Assembly (NCBI GenBank): GCA_965261595.1
Contig: CBDHDG010000006.1
Span: 800,001-864,000, forward strand
Length of the DNA: 64,000 nt
Direction of reading: 5' to 3'
Source: a bacterium
GTDB taxonomy: Bacteria; UBA8248; JACPRG01; G963555815
Part shown: positions 50,130-61,658 of the stretch, one piece after another
Layout: each line of letters opens with the position of its first letter
Numbering within the stretch: the stretch's first letter is position 1
Translations under genes and position numbers: made by a program
Notes under the pieces: model-generated
The model's input: the letters and a program-made list of their open reading frames with translations, nothing else
Database searches by the model: none
Told to the model about the DNA's origin: nothing

Positions 50130-52916
50130 TCAACTCCCCTTGGCCCGCAGGGCCTCCAGGACCTTCTTCGGCGTTGCCGGGAGATCGGTGATCCGCACGC
50201 CCACCGCGTCGTAGATCGCGTTGGTGATGGCGGGCGCCGTGGGGAGCAGGCCGGCCTCGGCGAAGCCCTTCGCGCCGAACGGCCCGTAAGGCTCGGGGTC
50301 CTCCACAACAAACGTCCGGACCTCGGGCGTCATCTCGATGGTCGGAATGCCCGCGTCGGTCAACGTCCGGGTGAGGGGGCGGCCGTTCTCGACCTTGTAT
50401 TCCTCCGACAGGGCGTAACCGAGCCCCATGGAGACGCAGCCCTCGACCTGTCCCTCCAACCCCCGGGGATGGATCACCTTTCCGCAGTCCGCCGCGACGA
50501 TCACCTCGAGGACCTTCACCTCCCCCGTCGTCTCGTCCACCTCGACCACGGCCGCGTTGGCCACAAAGGAGAAAGTCAGGTAATTCCTGTACCCCTCGGT
50601 CTCGGGCGGCACGTCGTCGAAGATGATCGACACCGTCTTGGGGCCCTCGAATTCGTCCGCCCCGCTCAGCTCAACCCCCCGGCCGCGCGCCCGATCGGCA
50701 ACGGTCCGGTTGTCGGCGATGGGCCGCCCGCCCTTTGAGGTGAACCCTTTCCCGTCCCAGACGAGGTCCTCCCGCGCAATCTCGAATTCTTCGGCGACGA
50801 AATTGAACAACTTCTCCTTCAAGGCCCGGCTTGCGCCGACGACGGCGTTGCCGGTCCAAAGGGTCTGGCGCGACGCGCTGGTCTGTCCGCCGTCCGGGGT
50901 GAGGGCCGTATCCGGGTCCATGAGGGTGATCTCCTCGTAGGGCACGCCCAGCGTGTGGGCGGCCATCTGAGAGGCGACCGTCATGATGCCCTCGCCGAGG
51001 TCGGTCGCGCCCAACCGCAGCCGGATGTCTCCCGTCCCGGTCAGCTCCATCACGGCGCCCGACAAATCCGGCCGGCCCTGGCCGATGCCGCAATTCTTGA
51101 ACGCCCCGGCGATGCCGACGCCGATCTTCCTCCCGGGTTCCGGCCGGGCCGTCCGGCGGGTCGCCAGGCCTTCGCGAATCTTCCCCAGGCACTCCTTGAA
51201 ACCGACGCTGGCCTCCAGGACTTGCCCCGTCGAGGTCTTCATGCCCACGGCCAGGGCGTTCCGCTCCCGCAGCTCGATGGGGTCGATGTCCAGCGCTCTC
51301 GCGATTTCGTCGAGCTGGGATTCCATGGCGAAGGCGGACTGGTTGATCCCGTAACCCCGGAACGCGCCGCAGGGAAGGTTGTTCGTGTACGTGCGGATAC
51401 CTTCCAGCCGGAGGTTGGGAACGTCGTAGGGGCCCGCGCCGAAGACGGTGCTCTGCGCCAGGATCATCGGACCGCCGTGGGCGTAGGCGCCGCCGTCGGA
51501 GATCGCGCGGCGCTCGACCGCCAGGATCTTCCCGTCCCGCGTCACGCCCGTCTTATAGTGCAGCCGCATCGCGTGCTTCTTGACGTGGACGAGAAAAGAC
51601 TCCTCCCGGTTGGTGACGAGCTTCACGGGGCGATCCGTCCTCAACAACCCGAGGGCCACGTAGGGATGAATCGAGAGGCCGCTCTTGCCGCCGAACGCGC
51701 CCCCGATGGCCGGCGAAACGACCCGGACCTTCTCCAGGGGCAATCCGAGCGCCCCGGCCAGCTCCCCCCGCTCGCGGTATGTGTTCTGGGAGGCGATGAC
51801 CACCGTCACCCGCCCTTCCTCGTCCCGGTAAGCCACCGCGCTCTCGGGCTCCAGAAACGCGTGGTCCACCCACGGGACCGAGTAGTCCCCCTCCACGACA
51901 AGGTCCGCTTCCTCGAACGCCCGGTCTACATCCCCCCGCCTGATCACCGCGTGCGTCAGCCGGTTGCCGTCCGGATAATCCGGATGGACCCGGGGGGCGT
52001 CCTCCCGAAGGGCCTCCTCGGGGTCGAAGACCGCCGGAAGCGCCCGGTAGGAGACGCGGATGGCCGCAACGCCCTCGCGGGCTTGCTCCTCGGTTTCGGC
52101 ATACACCGCCGCCACCACCGTTCCCACGCAATGCACCCGGTCCTCGGCGAAGACGGGAACGTCCTGGATCTTCTGGCCGAACCTTCGGACCTCGGGGGAG
52201 TTTCGGGAGGTCAATACCAGTGCGACGCCGGGGATTTCCTCGGCCGCGGACGTGTCGATGGAGAGGAGTTCCGCGTGTGGATGCTCGCTGAACAGGAGCT
52301 TGCAGTGGAGCATGTCCTCCAAATACCAGTCCGCGGCGAACCGGGCCTTTCCGGTGACCTTGGGGATGGAGTCCTTTCGGATGACCGATACGCCCAAAGG
52401 ACCCCCGTCGGCCGCCTCCCCCACCTGAGACTCGATGGGGGGCCACTCGCCCTCGGACAAGAAGGTCGCGGCCTGCTCAACGGCCTCGATCACCTTGTTG
52501 TAGCCGGTGCAGCGGCACAGGATTCCGGAGAGCCCTTTGTAGATCTCCTCCCGGCCGGGACGGGAGTTCCTTTCCAGGAGGGCCTTGGCCGCCATGACGA
52601 ACCCCGGAACGCAGAAGCCGCACTGCACGGCCCCGGTCCGGACGAAGGCCTCCTGGACCGGGTGAAGGTCGCCGTTGGAAGCGAGGCCCTCGATGGTCTC
52701 CACCCGCTTCCCGGCAACGTCGCTCGCGGCGACCAGGCAGGCCCTTTCGGGCGCCCCGTCGATCAGGACCGTGCAGCACCCGCAGTCCCCGTCGCCGGGG
52801 CTGCACCCCACCTTCGTCCCGGTCATCCGGAGGTCGTCCCTCAGACAACGGTCCAGGGTCTTCCCCGGAAGGTCATCGGCCGTCACCGGTTGGCCGTTCA
52901 GCTTGAAAGAAAGCAT
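50130..52916 (-). CDS. Xanthine dehydrogenase/aldehyde oxidoreductase-family molybdoprotein with fused (2Fe-2S) domains
   Basis: GCSPGDGDCGCC, QCGFC, CRCTGY, GGAFGGK, AFRGYG, SASR, GAKGFAE. Confidence 0.92.
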   Translation of the reverse strand: MLSFKLNGQPVTADDLPGKTLDRCLRDDLRMTGTKVGCSPGDGDCGCCTVLIDGAPERACLVAASDVAGKRVETIEGLASNGDLHPVQEAFVRTGAVQCGFCVPGFVMAAKALLERNSRPGREEIYKGLSGILCRCTGYNKVIEAVEQAATFLSEGEWPPIESQVGEAADGGPLGVSVIRKDSIPKVTGKARFAADWYLEDMLHCKLLFSEHPHAELLSIDTSAAEEIPGVALVLTSRNSPEVRRFGQKIQDVPVFAEDRVHCVGTVVAAVYAETEEQAREGVAAIRVSYRALPAVFDPEEALREDAPRVHPDYPDGNRLTHAVIRRGDVDRAFEEADLVVEGDYSVPWVDHAFLEPESAVAYRDEEGRVTVVIASQNTYRERGELAGALGLPLEKVRVVSPAIGGAFGGKSGLSIHPYVALGLLRTDRPVKLVTNREESFLVHVKKHAMRLHYKTGVTRDGKILAVERRAISDGGAYAHGGPMILAQSTVFGAGPYDVPNLRLEGIRTYTNNLPCGAFRGYGINQSAFAMESQLDEIARALDIDPIELRERNALAVGMKTSTGQVLEASVGFKECLGKIREGLATRRTARPEPGRKIGVGIAGAFKNCGIGQGRPDLSGAVMELTGTGDIRLRLGATDLGEGIMTVASQMAAHTLGVPYEEITLMDPDTALTPDGGQTSASRQTLWTGNAVVGASRALKEKLFNFVAEEFEIAREDLVWDGKGFTSKGGRPIADNRTVADRARGRGVELSGADEFEGPKTVSIIFDDVPPETEGYRNYLTFSFVANAAVVEVDETTGEVKVLEVIVAADCGKVIHPRGLEGQVEGCVSMGLGYALSEEYKVENGRPLTRTLTDAGIPTIEMTPEVRTFVVEDPEPYGPFGAKGFAEAGLLPTAPAITNAIYDAVGVRITDLPATPKKVLEALRAKGS

Positions 52917-52928
52917 TCGATTCGTCTC

Positions 52929-53939
52929 CTACTCGACCCCCAGCTCCCCCAGGAACCTCCGGTAAGCCAGGGCGGCGGCGTCCGGCCCCTTGATGTGAAG
53001 CTCCTCGGCCAGGTCCAGGGGCAGCTCCTCGGGCCGTTGGTTCTCGACAATGACACGGTCCTGCTCGGCAACAAGATTCTGAAGGTCCGCATGGGAATCC
53101 CCGGCGTAAGGTCCGCCCTCATAGTTCCGGACCGTGAACATGAACCGTTGGCATTCCCCGGCCGATACGGGCGTCACCACATAGATGAACGCCTCGATGT
53201 TCCCGCCGGGCTCCTCCTTCCACTGGTGGATTGAGAAAGGACGGGTCACGATGTAATGGTTTCGGTGGGATACGGAGTGAACGGCGTGGGTCGAATCCAC
53301 CGACCGGTCGGCCCAGAATCGCAGCTCCTCGCCCTCCCGCTCCAGGGTGACTTGCGGCGGAATGGGATGGTCCCGGTCGCCCAGGATCCCTTCGTGCACC
53401 CAGGCGAAGTGGCCGAAATCGAAGAAGTTCTCGATGGCCCGCGCGGCGCTGCACGCCCACCGTCTCCTGTCACGGAAAATGACCTGAAATTCCGGGTCCT
53501 CCAGGGGGGGATATTCGGGAAGCGGCGCCCGAGGCTCGCCCAGGCAGACCCAGACGATGCCGTACCGCTCCCGGGCCTTGTACCGGGTCAGACACGCCTT
53601 CTTGGGGATGGGATGCCCGGACGGGACCGAGGGGATCCTCGTGCACCGGCCCTCTCGGTTGTACGACCAGCCGTGATAGGCGCAGACGACCTCCTCCCCC
53701 TCGATCCAGCCCAGGGAGATCGGCGTCCCCCGGTGAACGCACAGGTCGAGAAACGCCGCGACCTCGCCCCCATGGCCCCCCCGAGCGCCCAGCCGGCAGA
53801 GGGCCAGCCGCTCATCCAACAGGCGAACGGCAAGGGGCTTCTCCCCCACCTCATCGCTGAAGGCGACGGGCAGCCAGTAGTCCCGAAGCTGGGGCCACAG
53901 GCCGGTCTCGGTCATGCCCTTACGGGCGGCCATCGCCAT
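52929..53939 (-). CDS. Rieske non-heme iron oxygenase alpha subunit (VanA/Ndm-like demethylase type)
   Basis: CVH...CAYH Rieske motif; ENFFDFGHFAWVH iron site; EQDRVIVENQ. Confidence 0.9.
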   Translation of the reverse strand: MAMAARKGMTETGLWPQLRDYWLPVAFSDEVGEKPLAVRLLDERLALCRLGARGGHGGEVAAFLDLCVHRGTPISLGWIEGEEVVCAYHGWSYNREGRCTRIPSVPSGHPIPKKACLTRYKARERYGIVWVCLGEPRAPLPEYPPLEDPEFQVIFRDRRRWACSAARAIENFFDFGHFAWVHEGILGDRDHPIPPQVTLEREGEELRFWADRSVDSTHAVHSVSHRNHYIVTRPFSIHQWKEEPGGNIEAFIYVVTPVSAGECQRFMFTVRNYEGGPYAGDSHADLQNLVAEQDRVIVENQRPEELPLDLAEELHIKGPDAAALAYRRFLGELGVE

Positions 53940-54239
53940 ATCCCATTACCTCCCGCGATACACCGCACAGCGCCGCCCGGCCTTCGCGGCGGCGATCAAA
54001 CGCCATTTTCGGTCCGCGTGTCCTCATCATACCCCATCCGTTGAGCGTCGGAATTTGTTTCGCGATCCCCAAGAACGCCGCTCATCGCGTCTCCGGCGCT
54101 CACCTCGCCGCTCCGCCGCCCGTAACGGATGTTCGGTCGTCCTCCCCAGAAATGTTATAAACTCGCCGAGAGGGTGAAGGCATCATCCATTGAACACCAT
54201 CTTGAAAAATGTTCACGCCGCGTTGCGAGGGGGAGACGG

Positions 54240-55228
54240 ATGCGATTCGGGATAGGGTGCCCGCCAAAAGAGAGCGGCCAATCGGCGGAGGCCATCGCCC
54301 AAACGGTCCAGCGGGCGGAGGACTGCGGCTTCAATGAAGCGTGGGTGGGCGATTCCCAGGGAATCTGGCACGACCTCTACGTCTCCATTACGCTTTGCGC
54401 TGTCCGCACCCGGCGGATCCGGCTTGGGGTGGGCGTCACCAACCTCATCACGCGCCATCCCGCCGTCACGGCCCGGGCGATGGCCACGCTGGACGAGGTT
54501 TCCGGCGGCCGCGCGCTCCTGGGTTTCGGGGCCGGAGACACGGCGCTCAAGCACCTGGGGCTGAAACCCTCCTCCTTGAAAGACATGGAGGAAGGAATCC
54601 TCCTGATTCGCGGTCTGCTGGCCGGGAGGACGGACAGTATCAGGGGAACACAATCCCCCGATTCACGGGATTTCAACCAAGGAAGGTCCCCATTTACCTG
54701 GCTTGCTACGGGCCAAAAATGCTTGAGCTGGCCGGGAGAGTCACAGACGGCGTGAACGTCCCCACCGGGATTTCGCCCGAACTCATTCAATACGCGCTGG
54801 GCCGGATCGAAAGCGGCAGGCGCGCCGCCGGCCGGGACCCCGCCTCCGTCGCCGTCGCCTTCCAGGTGGGCTGCTCCATCCGGGAGGACGGGGATCGGGC
54901 GCGGGAGGATGTCAAATCGTGGGCGGCCCGCCGGGCGCTCTCGCCCATTCCGCTCTCCATCCTGGGGATCACCCGGGAAGAGGCCGAGGGGTTTCGGCAG
55001 GCGTACCGGATTTCCGATCACCTCGTCCCCCACGCCCCCCACAGCGCGGCCGTGCGCAAAGACTGGGCGGCCGGCCTTTCGCTGGCGGGGACGCCCGAGG
55101 AGTGCGTCGAGAAGCTCCACGCCCTCGATGAGCAGGGGATCGACCAGGTCATCCTCGTTCCCGCGACGCAGAATTCCGAAGAAATGTTGAAGACATTCGA
55201 GAAGCGAATTCTCCCGCATTTTGCTTGA
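54240..55228 (+). CDS. LLM-class flavin/F420-dependent oxidoreductase (frameshift near 54645)
   Basis: AWVGDSQ, GVGVTNLITRHPAVTA, SGGRALLGFGAGD; second frame PIYLACYGPKMLELAG. Confidence 0.87.
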
Positions 55229-55278
55229 GAAACCACTCGCCGGCGGGCCGGCATTTCCTTCGTATCGGCTGTAAGGGT

Positions 55279-56694
55279 TTAAGACACCAAACTTCCCGTC
55301 CAGTCCGCGGGAATTTCTTCCGGTTCGGAAGTGACCCAATCCGACCAGATCCGCTCGACCTCGGCCATTGCTTCCTTCGGCACATCGCAAACCCGCGGGA
55401 GGCCCTTATTGTCGGGGCGCGTGGCGTCGATTCCCACTTTGGTGATGAGGTTGTGGGGGCGATCCCGGGAAGGATCGAGCTGGCCGGGCGCCCGGGTGAG
55501 GACGGTCCCGTCGCGATCAAACTGGGACCGGGTCGCGATGGCCCACTCCACATCGTCCATGTTGCGAATATCCACATCGTCGTCCACGACCACCGCGTAC
55601 TTGATGTTGATGCGGCTCGCGAGGATCGCGCTGAGGGCGAGTTTCCCATCTCCGGGTGACCGCTTCTTGATGGAGACGATCGCGTGGAACCGGCCGCAGC
55701 CGCCCGTTGTAAAGTGCACGTCCCGGACCTTGGGGACCACTTCCTTGACCAGGTTGTAAAGGTCCGTGCAAGCCGGAAGCGCCCGCATGAAAGCCCCCTC
55801 CGTGGGCGGTTTTCCGAGGTAGACGCTCTGGAAGATGGGGTCCCGTCGATGCGTGACGGCGTTGAACCGGATGACGGGCATACGGTTTTTCTCGGCCAGG
55901 GCGCCGTGATAATAGCCCGTGAACTCTCCGAAAGGTCCTTCGTCCTCCCGCACACCCGGCGGAATGACCCCTTCCAGGACGATCTCCGCATCGGCCGGAA
56001 CTTGCAGATTCACGGCCTCGCATTTTACGAGGTCGATTGGCTTCCCCCGAAGCGCCCCGGCCAGCTCGTATTCGTCGACGTGGATGCTTCGTGTGATCTG
56101 GGAAGCGATATGAAGGGCGGGATCGCACCCGATAACCACCACAATCTCCAAAGGCTCGCCCCTTTCCTCGGCCTTCTCATGGTAGGTCTTCAAATGGACG
56201 ACCGGGTTGTAGAAAATGCCGGTTTCGTCCCGGCCCCGAAGCTGAAGGCGTTGAAGGGAGAGATTCGGGCCGAGCTCCGGGTCGTCAACGATGATGATCC
56301 CCGCCGTGATGTAGCGGCCTCCATCAAGCTCGTTGACCGTGGGGATCGGAAACGTTCGAAGGTCGAGCTCCTCTCCTTTCAGGATGACTTCCTTCACCGG
56401 CCCATCCGAAACCGATTTCGGGGCCAGGGGCCGCTGAATCCTTCGTTGATATTCCTCGATCAGGTCAACCGCGGGTTTGCCGAACATCATCTCCAACTAC
56501 CGATAACTTCCCAGGACGTTGGCGACCAGGGGGATATCCGACCCTTTCACGTTCCGGCAAAAGACGGTCTTTCCCCCCGCTCTTTTGATCAGCGCGGAGA
56601 TTTGATGATCCGGATCGACCTCCTCCCGGACGTATGCCAACTCACCAGCACGCCTCACGCAGTCCAAAAATCCCCGGAAGCCTTCGTACATCAT
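55279..56694 (-). pseudogene. UbiD-family decarboxylase with in-frame TAG at 56497-56499
   Basis: FRGFLDCV...GEL N-terminus in frame with DGGRYIT, EIVLEG, EGPFGEFTGYY, VDDDVDI, EWAIATR, KVGIDAT. Confidence 0.88.
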
Positions 56695-56798
56695 CCCCTT
56701 ACCCTCCTTCGAGAGAGTTCATCAACGCGGAAAAACAACGCGTCGCGTTCACGAAAGCCCGGAATCTTAAATCGGCTGCCCTTTGCGAGAAATCGGGA

Positions 56799-57494
56799 TC
56801 AGCCGGGCCCGAGACACCGGTCGAAAAACGCAATCATCCTGTCCCAGGATTCATCGGACGCCTCTTGATCGTGGTTGGGTGCGCCCTCGAAGAAATAGGC
56901 GTGCCCGGCCTCGGGAAATTCCAGAAATTCATGCTCCTTCCCGGCCGCCTCCAGCCGGTCCCGGTATCGGCGCGCGTCCGCGATGGAAAAGTAGGCGTCT
57001 TGTCCTCCGCGAAAAACCAACAGGGGCGCCCGGATGTCTTCCACGAAGTCGATGGCCGAGACGGGCTTGTCGGAATCGGTTTCCTCGTAAACGGCTTGCC
57101 CGTAGAAAACAACGCCGGCCGAGAGCTCCGCGATTCGGCCCGCGGCCAGCATGGCGATGGTCCCGCCCCGGCAGAAACCGACCGTCCCGATCCGGTCCGG
57201 ATCGACCGGCTCGTTTTCTTTCAAATAGCGAATTCCCGCCCGGATGTCCTCCATGATCAGGTCATCCGCCGGATCGTGCGCCCGGCTCTGCCAGCCGTGG
57301 GCGAGGGCCACATACCCGCGCGAGGCCAGCCGCTGAATCAGGCCGAGGTCGGGCGGATTGAGGCCAAAAATCCCGTGAATCGTCATGATGGCGGGAAAGG
57401 GGCCGTCCCCCTCCGGCCGGGAGACAAACGAGCGCGTCTCGACCTCCCCGCTCGAATACGACACTTCCAAAGGCGCACCCATTCCTGGATTCAT
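56799..57494 (-). CDS. Dienelactone hydrolase-family protein
   Basis: HGIFGL, GTVGFCRGG nucleophile elbow, AGHAY. Confidence 0.9.
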   Translation of the reverse strand: MNPGMGAPLEVSYSSGEVETRSFVSRPEGDGPFPAIMTIHGIFGLNPPDLGLIQRLASRGYVALAHGWQSRAHDPADDLIMEDIRAGIRYLKENEPVDPDRIGTVGFCRGGTIAMLAAGRIAELSAGVVFYGQAVYEETDSDKPVSAIDFVEDIRAPLLVFRGGQDAYFSIADARRYRDRLEAAGKEHEFLEFPEAGHAYFFEGAPNHDQEASDESWDRMIAFFDRCLGPG

Positions 57495-57760
57495 TCCGGC
57501 ATCCCTTTTCTCAAATCAAGCCGCTCCTGATTTCTTTCCCCGCTTGGTTCATGTTAACTGAATCCCGGGAAACCGGCGAACTCTCCGTCAAGCCTTCCCC
57601 CACGGGGGCCCGGAGGATATGTTCCATGAGGACCGGAAACCCGCGAGGATGTTAAAGTAGCGTCCCGCGCCGGGTTTTACAGTCAAGAAGAATTGGGCCG
57701 CCCTCCTCCGGAGATCGACGCCGGACGGGAAAATTTCAGCGGCGGCGGAGAACGCGAAAG

Positions 57761-59840
57761 ATGAGCTACCGAATCGGAATCGACGTCGGAGGTACGTTCA
57801 CCGATTTCCTGATCATGGACGATCAGGGCCGGGCGGAGGCCTTCAAGACCCCTTCCGTCCCGGATGACCCGGCCGAAGGCGTGTTCAACGGGTTCGAGGA
57901 AGCCGCGGCCTCGAAGGACCTGTCGGTTCCGGATTTTTTGGAGCGGACCGAGCTGATCATCCACGGAACCACCGTCACCACAAACGCCCTGTTGACCCAT
58001 TCGGGCGCCAAGGTCGGCCTCATCACAACGGAAGGGTTCCGCGATTCGCTGGAAATGCGGCGCGGCGTCAAGGAGCGGCTCTACGACATGCATTGCAGCC
58101 CCCCCCCCGCCCCTGGTTCCCCGGTCTTTGCGAATCGGGGTCCCGGAGAGGACGAACGCCCAGGGGGAAGCCGTCCTCGCGCCGCGCCGCGATAGCGTCC
58201 TTCGCGCCGTGAAGGACCTCCGCGCGGCCGGCGTCGAGGCCGTGGCGGTGAGCCTGCTGTTCTCGTTCCTGAACCCGGCGCATGAGGAAGCCATCCGCGC
58301 GCTCATCAAGCGGAAGTGGCCCGAAGTCTACCTGTCCGTCTCTTCCGAGACCCTGCCGGTGGTCCGTGAGTACGAGCGGACGAGCACGATCGTCCTCAAC
58401 GCGTACGTCGGCCCCATCCTCACCCGGTATCTCGAGCGGTTGGAAACAAGGCTCGCCGAATGCCGGTTCGGCGGCGTCCTGCTGATCATGCAATCCAACG
58501 GCGGGGTCGCGAGCCCTGAGGCGGCCCGGAAGTTTTCCGCGGGCACCCTGCTGTCCGGTCCCGCGGCGGCCCCGGCGACGGGACTGTTCTACGGGCGTCC
58601 GCATGAGACCGAGAACCTGATCACCCTGGACATGGGCGGAACGAGCTGCGACATCTGCGTCGTCAAGGACGGAGACCCGCGGGTGACGACGGAGGGACAG
58701 CTCGGCGGATACCGGATCGCCTCGCCGATCATCGACATCCACACCCTCGGCGCCGGCGGCGGGAGCATCGCCTGGATCGATGACGGGGGAATGCTTCAGG
58801 TGGGACCGAGAAGCGCCGGCGCGAGACCGGGGCCGATCTGCTACGGCCGGGGGGGCGATGAGCCCACGGTCGTCGACGTGAACCTGCTGCTCGGCTACCT
58901 GAACCCGGGGTTCTTTCTCGGCGGAAGGATCCCGCTGGACGTCGCCCGGCCCGAAACGATCCTCCGGGAACGAATCGCCGGCCCGCTGGGCCTGGACGTC
59001 CTGGAAGCCGCCATCGGAATCTCGAAGGTGGTCAACGCCAACATGACGGACGGACTGCGGGCCGTTACGATCGAGCGGGGGGACGATCCGCGGGAGTTCA
59101 CGCTGGTCGTCGCCGGCGGGGCGGGGCCCATTCACGCCTGCGCCATCGCGCGGGAGCTGGAAATCCCCTCCGTTTTGATCCCCCGGAGCTCTTCGGTCTT
59201 CTGCGCGGCGGGGATGCTGATCTCCGACCTCCGGCATCACTTCGTTACGACGTATCGGGCGAGCGCCGGCCGGTTGAACCTGGCCGCGGTCCGGGAGCGC
59301 TTCGAGAACATGGCGGTCAGGGGACGGGCGCTGTTGGCGTCGGAGGGGGTGAAAGAGGAAAACCGGACCTTGGCCTGCTCCGTGGACGCGCGCTACCTGG
59401 GCCAGCCCCACGAGGTGAACGTGGGCATCGAATGGGAAGAGCTGAGGCGAGAAGACTTGTCGCCGGTCTTCGAGCGTTTTCACGCGCGCCACGACGACCT
59501 GTTCGGCTACAGCGAGCCGGAGGAGACGGTGGAGTTCGTCAATCTACGGCTTGTGGCCGTCGGCCTCACGCAAACACCCCGAATGTCCGAGCCGCCCCCG
59601 GCGGCCGATTCCGCCGAATCGGCCCTCAAAGAACACCGGGACGTGTGTTTCCCCGCTTCCGGCGGATGGGTGCGGACCCCCGTCTACGACGGCCACCGCC
59701 TGGCGCGCGGCCACCGGGTCGAAGGAGGGGCCGTCATCGAGCGGCGGAACACGACCATCGTCGTCGAGCCGGGGTGGGAGCTCGCCTGCGACCCGCGCGG
59801 AAATTACGTCCTCACGCCCAACGGGGGAGAACATCCGTGA
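57761..59840 (+). CDS. Hydantoinase A/oxoprolinase-family subunit (frameshift in poly-C near 58100)
   Basis: IGIDVGGTFTD, HGTTVTTN, REYERTST, LSGPAA, DMGGTS, GAGGGSIA, GGAGPIHA. Confidence 0.9.
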
Positions 59841-61618
59841 GCGGATTCGACCGGGTTCAGTGCACCGTCATCCAGAACCGCCTGACGGCCATCACGCGCG
59901 ACATGGGGACGACGATGCTGCGGACCTCGCGCTCGCCCATTCTGACCGAGGCCCGGGACTTCATCACGGCCGTCTTCGACGAGAAGGGCCGGGTCGCGGC
60001 CCAGACCGAGTACATCCCCATCCTGTGCGCCTCCACACCCGAAGCGGTGAAAAAAACGAGCGAGGCGTTCGAAGGGGAGATCAATGAGGGAGACCTCTTC
60101 CTGCTGAACGACCCCTTCTGCGGCGGGAACCACCTCCCGGACCTGACCGTTCTGAAGCCTGTCTTCAGCCCGTCCGGCCGGCGCCTGTTCTGGGCCGTGA
60201 CGAAAGGCCACCATGCCGACATCGGCGGGGCGGTGATGGGGGGGTACAACCCCGGAGCCCGGGACGCCTTCCAGGAGGGAATCCGGATTCCGGCCATCAA
60301 GCTGTATGACCGCGGCCGCCGCCGGGAGGACATCTGGCGGATGCTGCTGTCGAACACGCGGCTTCCCGGACACCTCCGGGGGGATTTGCGGGCGCAGATC
60401 AGCGCCGTGGGCCTGGCGGAGCGGTTGCTCAAGGAGATGGTGAGCAAGTGGGGGGAGGAAACCCTCCGGGAGGCCATCGAGTTCTTCCTCGACGCGACGG
60501 AGCGCCGGGTCCGCCGCGAGATCTCGGCGATACCGGATGGAACCTACCGGGCCTGCCGCACCCTCGATCACGACGGGATCGACAAGTCCCGAAGGGTCCG
60601 GATCGACGTGGAGATCACCGTCGAGTCCGACCGGATGGTTTTCGACTATTCGCGCAGCGACCCACAGACGAAGGGTTTCGTGAACAGCTCTCTGCCCAAC
60701 ACGGTCTCCGCGAGCCTGATCGGCCTGTACACGATCATCGACCCCGAGATCCCGCACAATGAAGGGTGCGCCCGGCCCGTCGAGGTGATCGCCCCGCTGG
60801 GTCTGGTCGTGAACGCGCGCGAGCCCGCGCCCTCGAGCCTCTGCACCCTCTCGACGGCGGAGGCGATCATCGAGGCCGTCTGGCTGGCCCTGTCGGACGC
60901 CGTCCCGGAGCGGATCTCCGCGGCCTGGGGACGTGTCAGCGGCCCCAACATCTCCGGCGTCGATCCCAGAACCGGCGAAGGGTTCAGCGAAATCACTTTC
61001 TTGCGCAAGAACGGCGGCGGCGCGGCTTACGGCTTCGACGGGTGGAGCCACGTCGGAACGGTGGTCTGCTGCGGCGGGGTCCGGGCCCCGAGCATCGAGA
61101 TGCACGAGATGGACAGCCCGCTCTTTCTGCTGAAACACGAATACCGAATGGACTCGGGCGGCCCGGGCCGCTGGCGGGGAGGGCTCGGCGTGGATTACGT
61201 CTTCCGGGTGGACGCGCCGGCGGCCCAGGCATGCAGCACGGGGGACGGCATGCTCGAGGAGAACCGGGCCTTCGGCCTGGCGGGGGGGCTTCCCGGCGAA
61301 ACGAACCGGGTCTTCATCCGGACGCCGGACGGAGAGCGGATCGACGTGGACTCCAAGTCGGTGCACGCCCTTCAGGAAGGATGCGAGATTTATATCCATT
61401 CCAGCGGCGGCGGCGGCTGGGGCGCGCCCCGGGAGCGGGACCCGGAGCTCGTCGCCTCGGACGTCGGGAACGGATTCATCTCACCCGAGAGCGCGCGGCG
61501 GGACTACGGCGTGGTCCTGGACGCCGCCACGGGCCGGGTGGACGAGGAGGCCACGGAGCGGGCGAGACGGGCGCCGGCCGAAAGGACGGAGAGCCCGATG
61601 GAAGCGCGCGACCCCTGA
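59837..61618 (+). CDS. Hydantoinase B/oxoprolinase-family subunit
   Basis: GTGA overlap with subunit A; NDPFCGGNHLPD, HHADIGG, QEGIRIP, DSGGPGRWRGG, GGGGWG. Confidence 0.92.
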   Translation: MSGFDRVQCTVIQNRLTAITRDMGTTMLRTSRSPILTEARDFITAVFDEKGRVAAQTEYIPILCASTPEAVKKTSEAFEGEINEGDLFLLNDPFCGGNHLPDLTVLKPVFSPSGRRLFWAVTKGHHADIGGAVMGGYNPGARDAFQEGIRIPAIKLYDRGRRREDIWRMLLSNTRLPGHLRGDLRAQISAVGLAERLLKEMVSKWGEETLREAIEFFLDATERRVRREISAIPDGTYRACRTLDHDGIDKSRRVRIDVEITVESDRMVFDYSRSDPQTKGFVNSSLPNTVSASLIGLYTIIDPEIPHNEGCARPVEVIAPLGLVVNAREPAPSSLCTLSTAEAIIEAVWLALSDAVPERISAAWGRVSGPNISGVDPRTGEGFSEITFLRKNGGGAAYGFDGWSHVGTVVCCGGVRAPSIEMHEMDSPLFLLKHEYRMDSGGPGRWRGGLGVDYVFRVDAPAAQACSTGDGMLEENRAFGLAGGLPGETNRVFIRTPDGERIDVDSKSVHALQEGCEIYIHSSGGGGWGAPRERDPELVASDVGNGFISPESARRDYGVVLDAATGRVDEEATERARRAPAERTESPMEARDP

Positions 61619-61658
61619 ACGGGGGGAGGGGGGGGGCTCCGGCCATTCAGGCGCCCAA

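Noticed and set aside
50130..52916. Selenium-dependent xanthine dehydrogenase linked to selC
   Set aside because: No in-frame TGA and no selD/yqeB-type genes nearby; proximity alone is not evidence.
58099..58113. Phase variation at poly-C/G tracts (also 23031-23053 and 63320)
   Set aside because: Cannot be told apart from homopolymer sequencing error given the window-wide indel rate.
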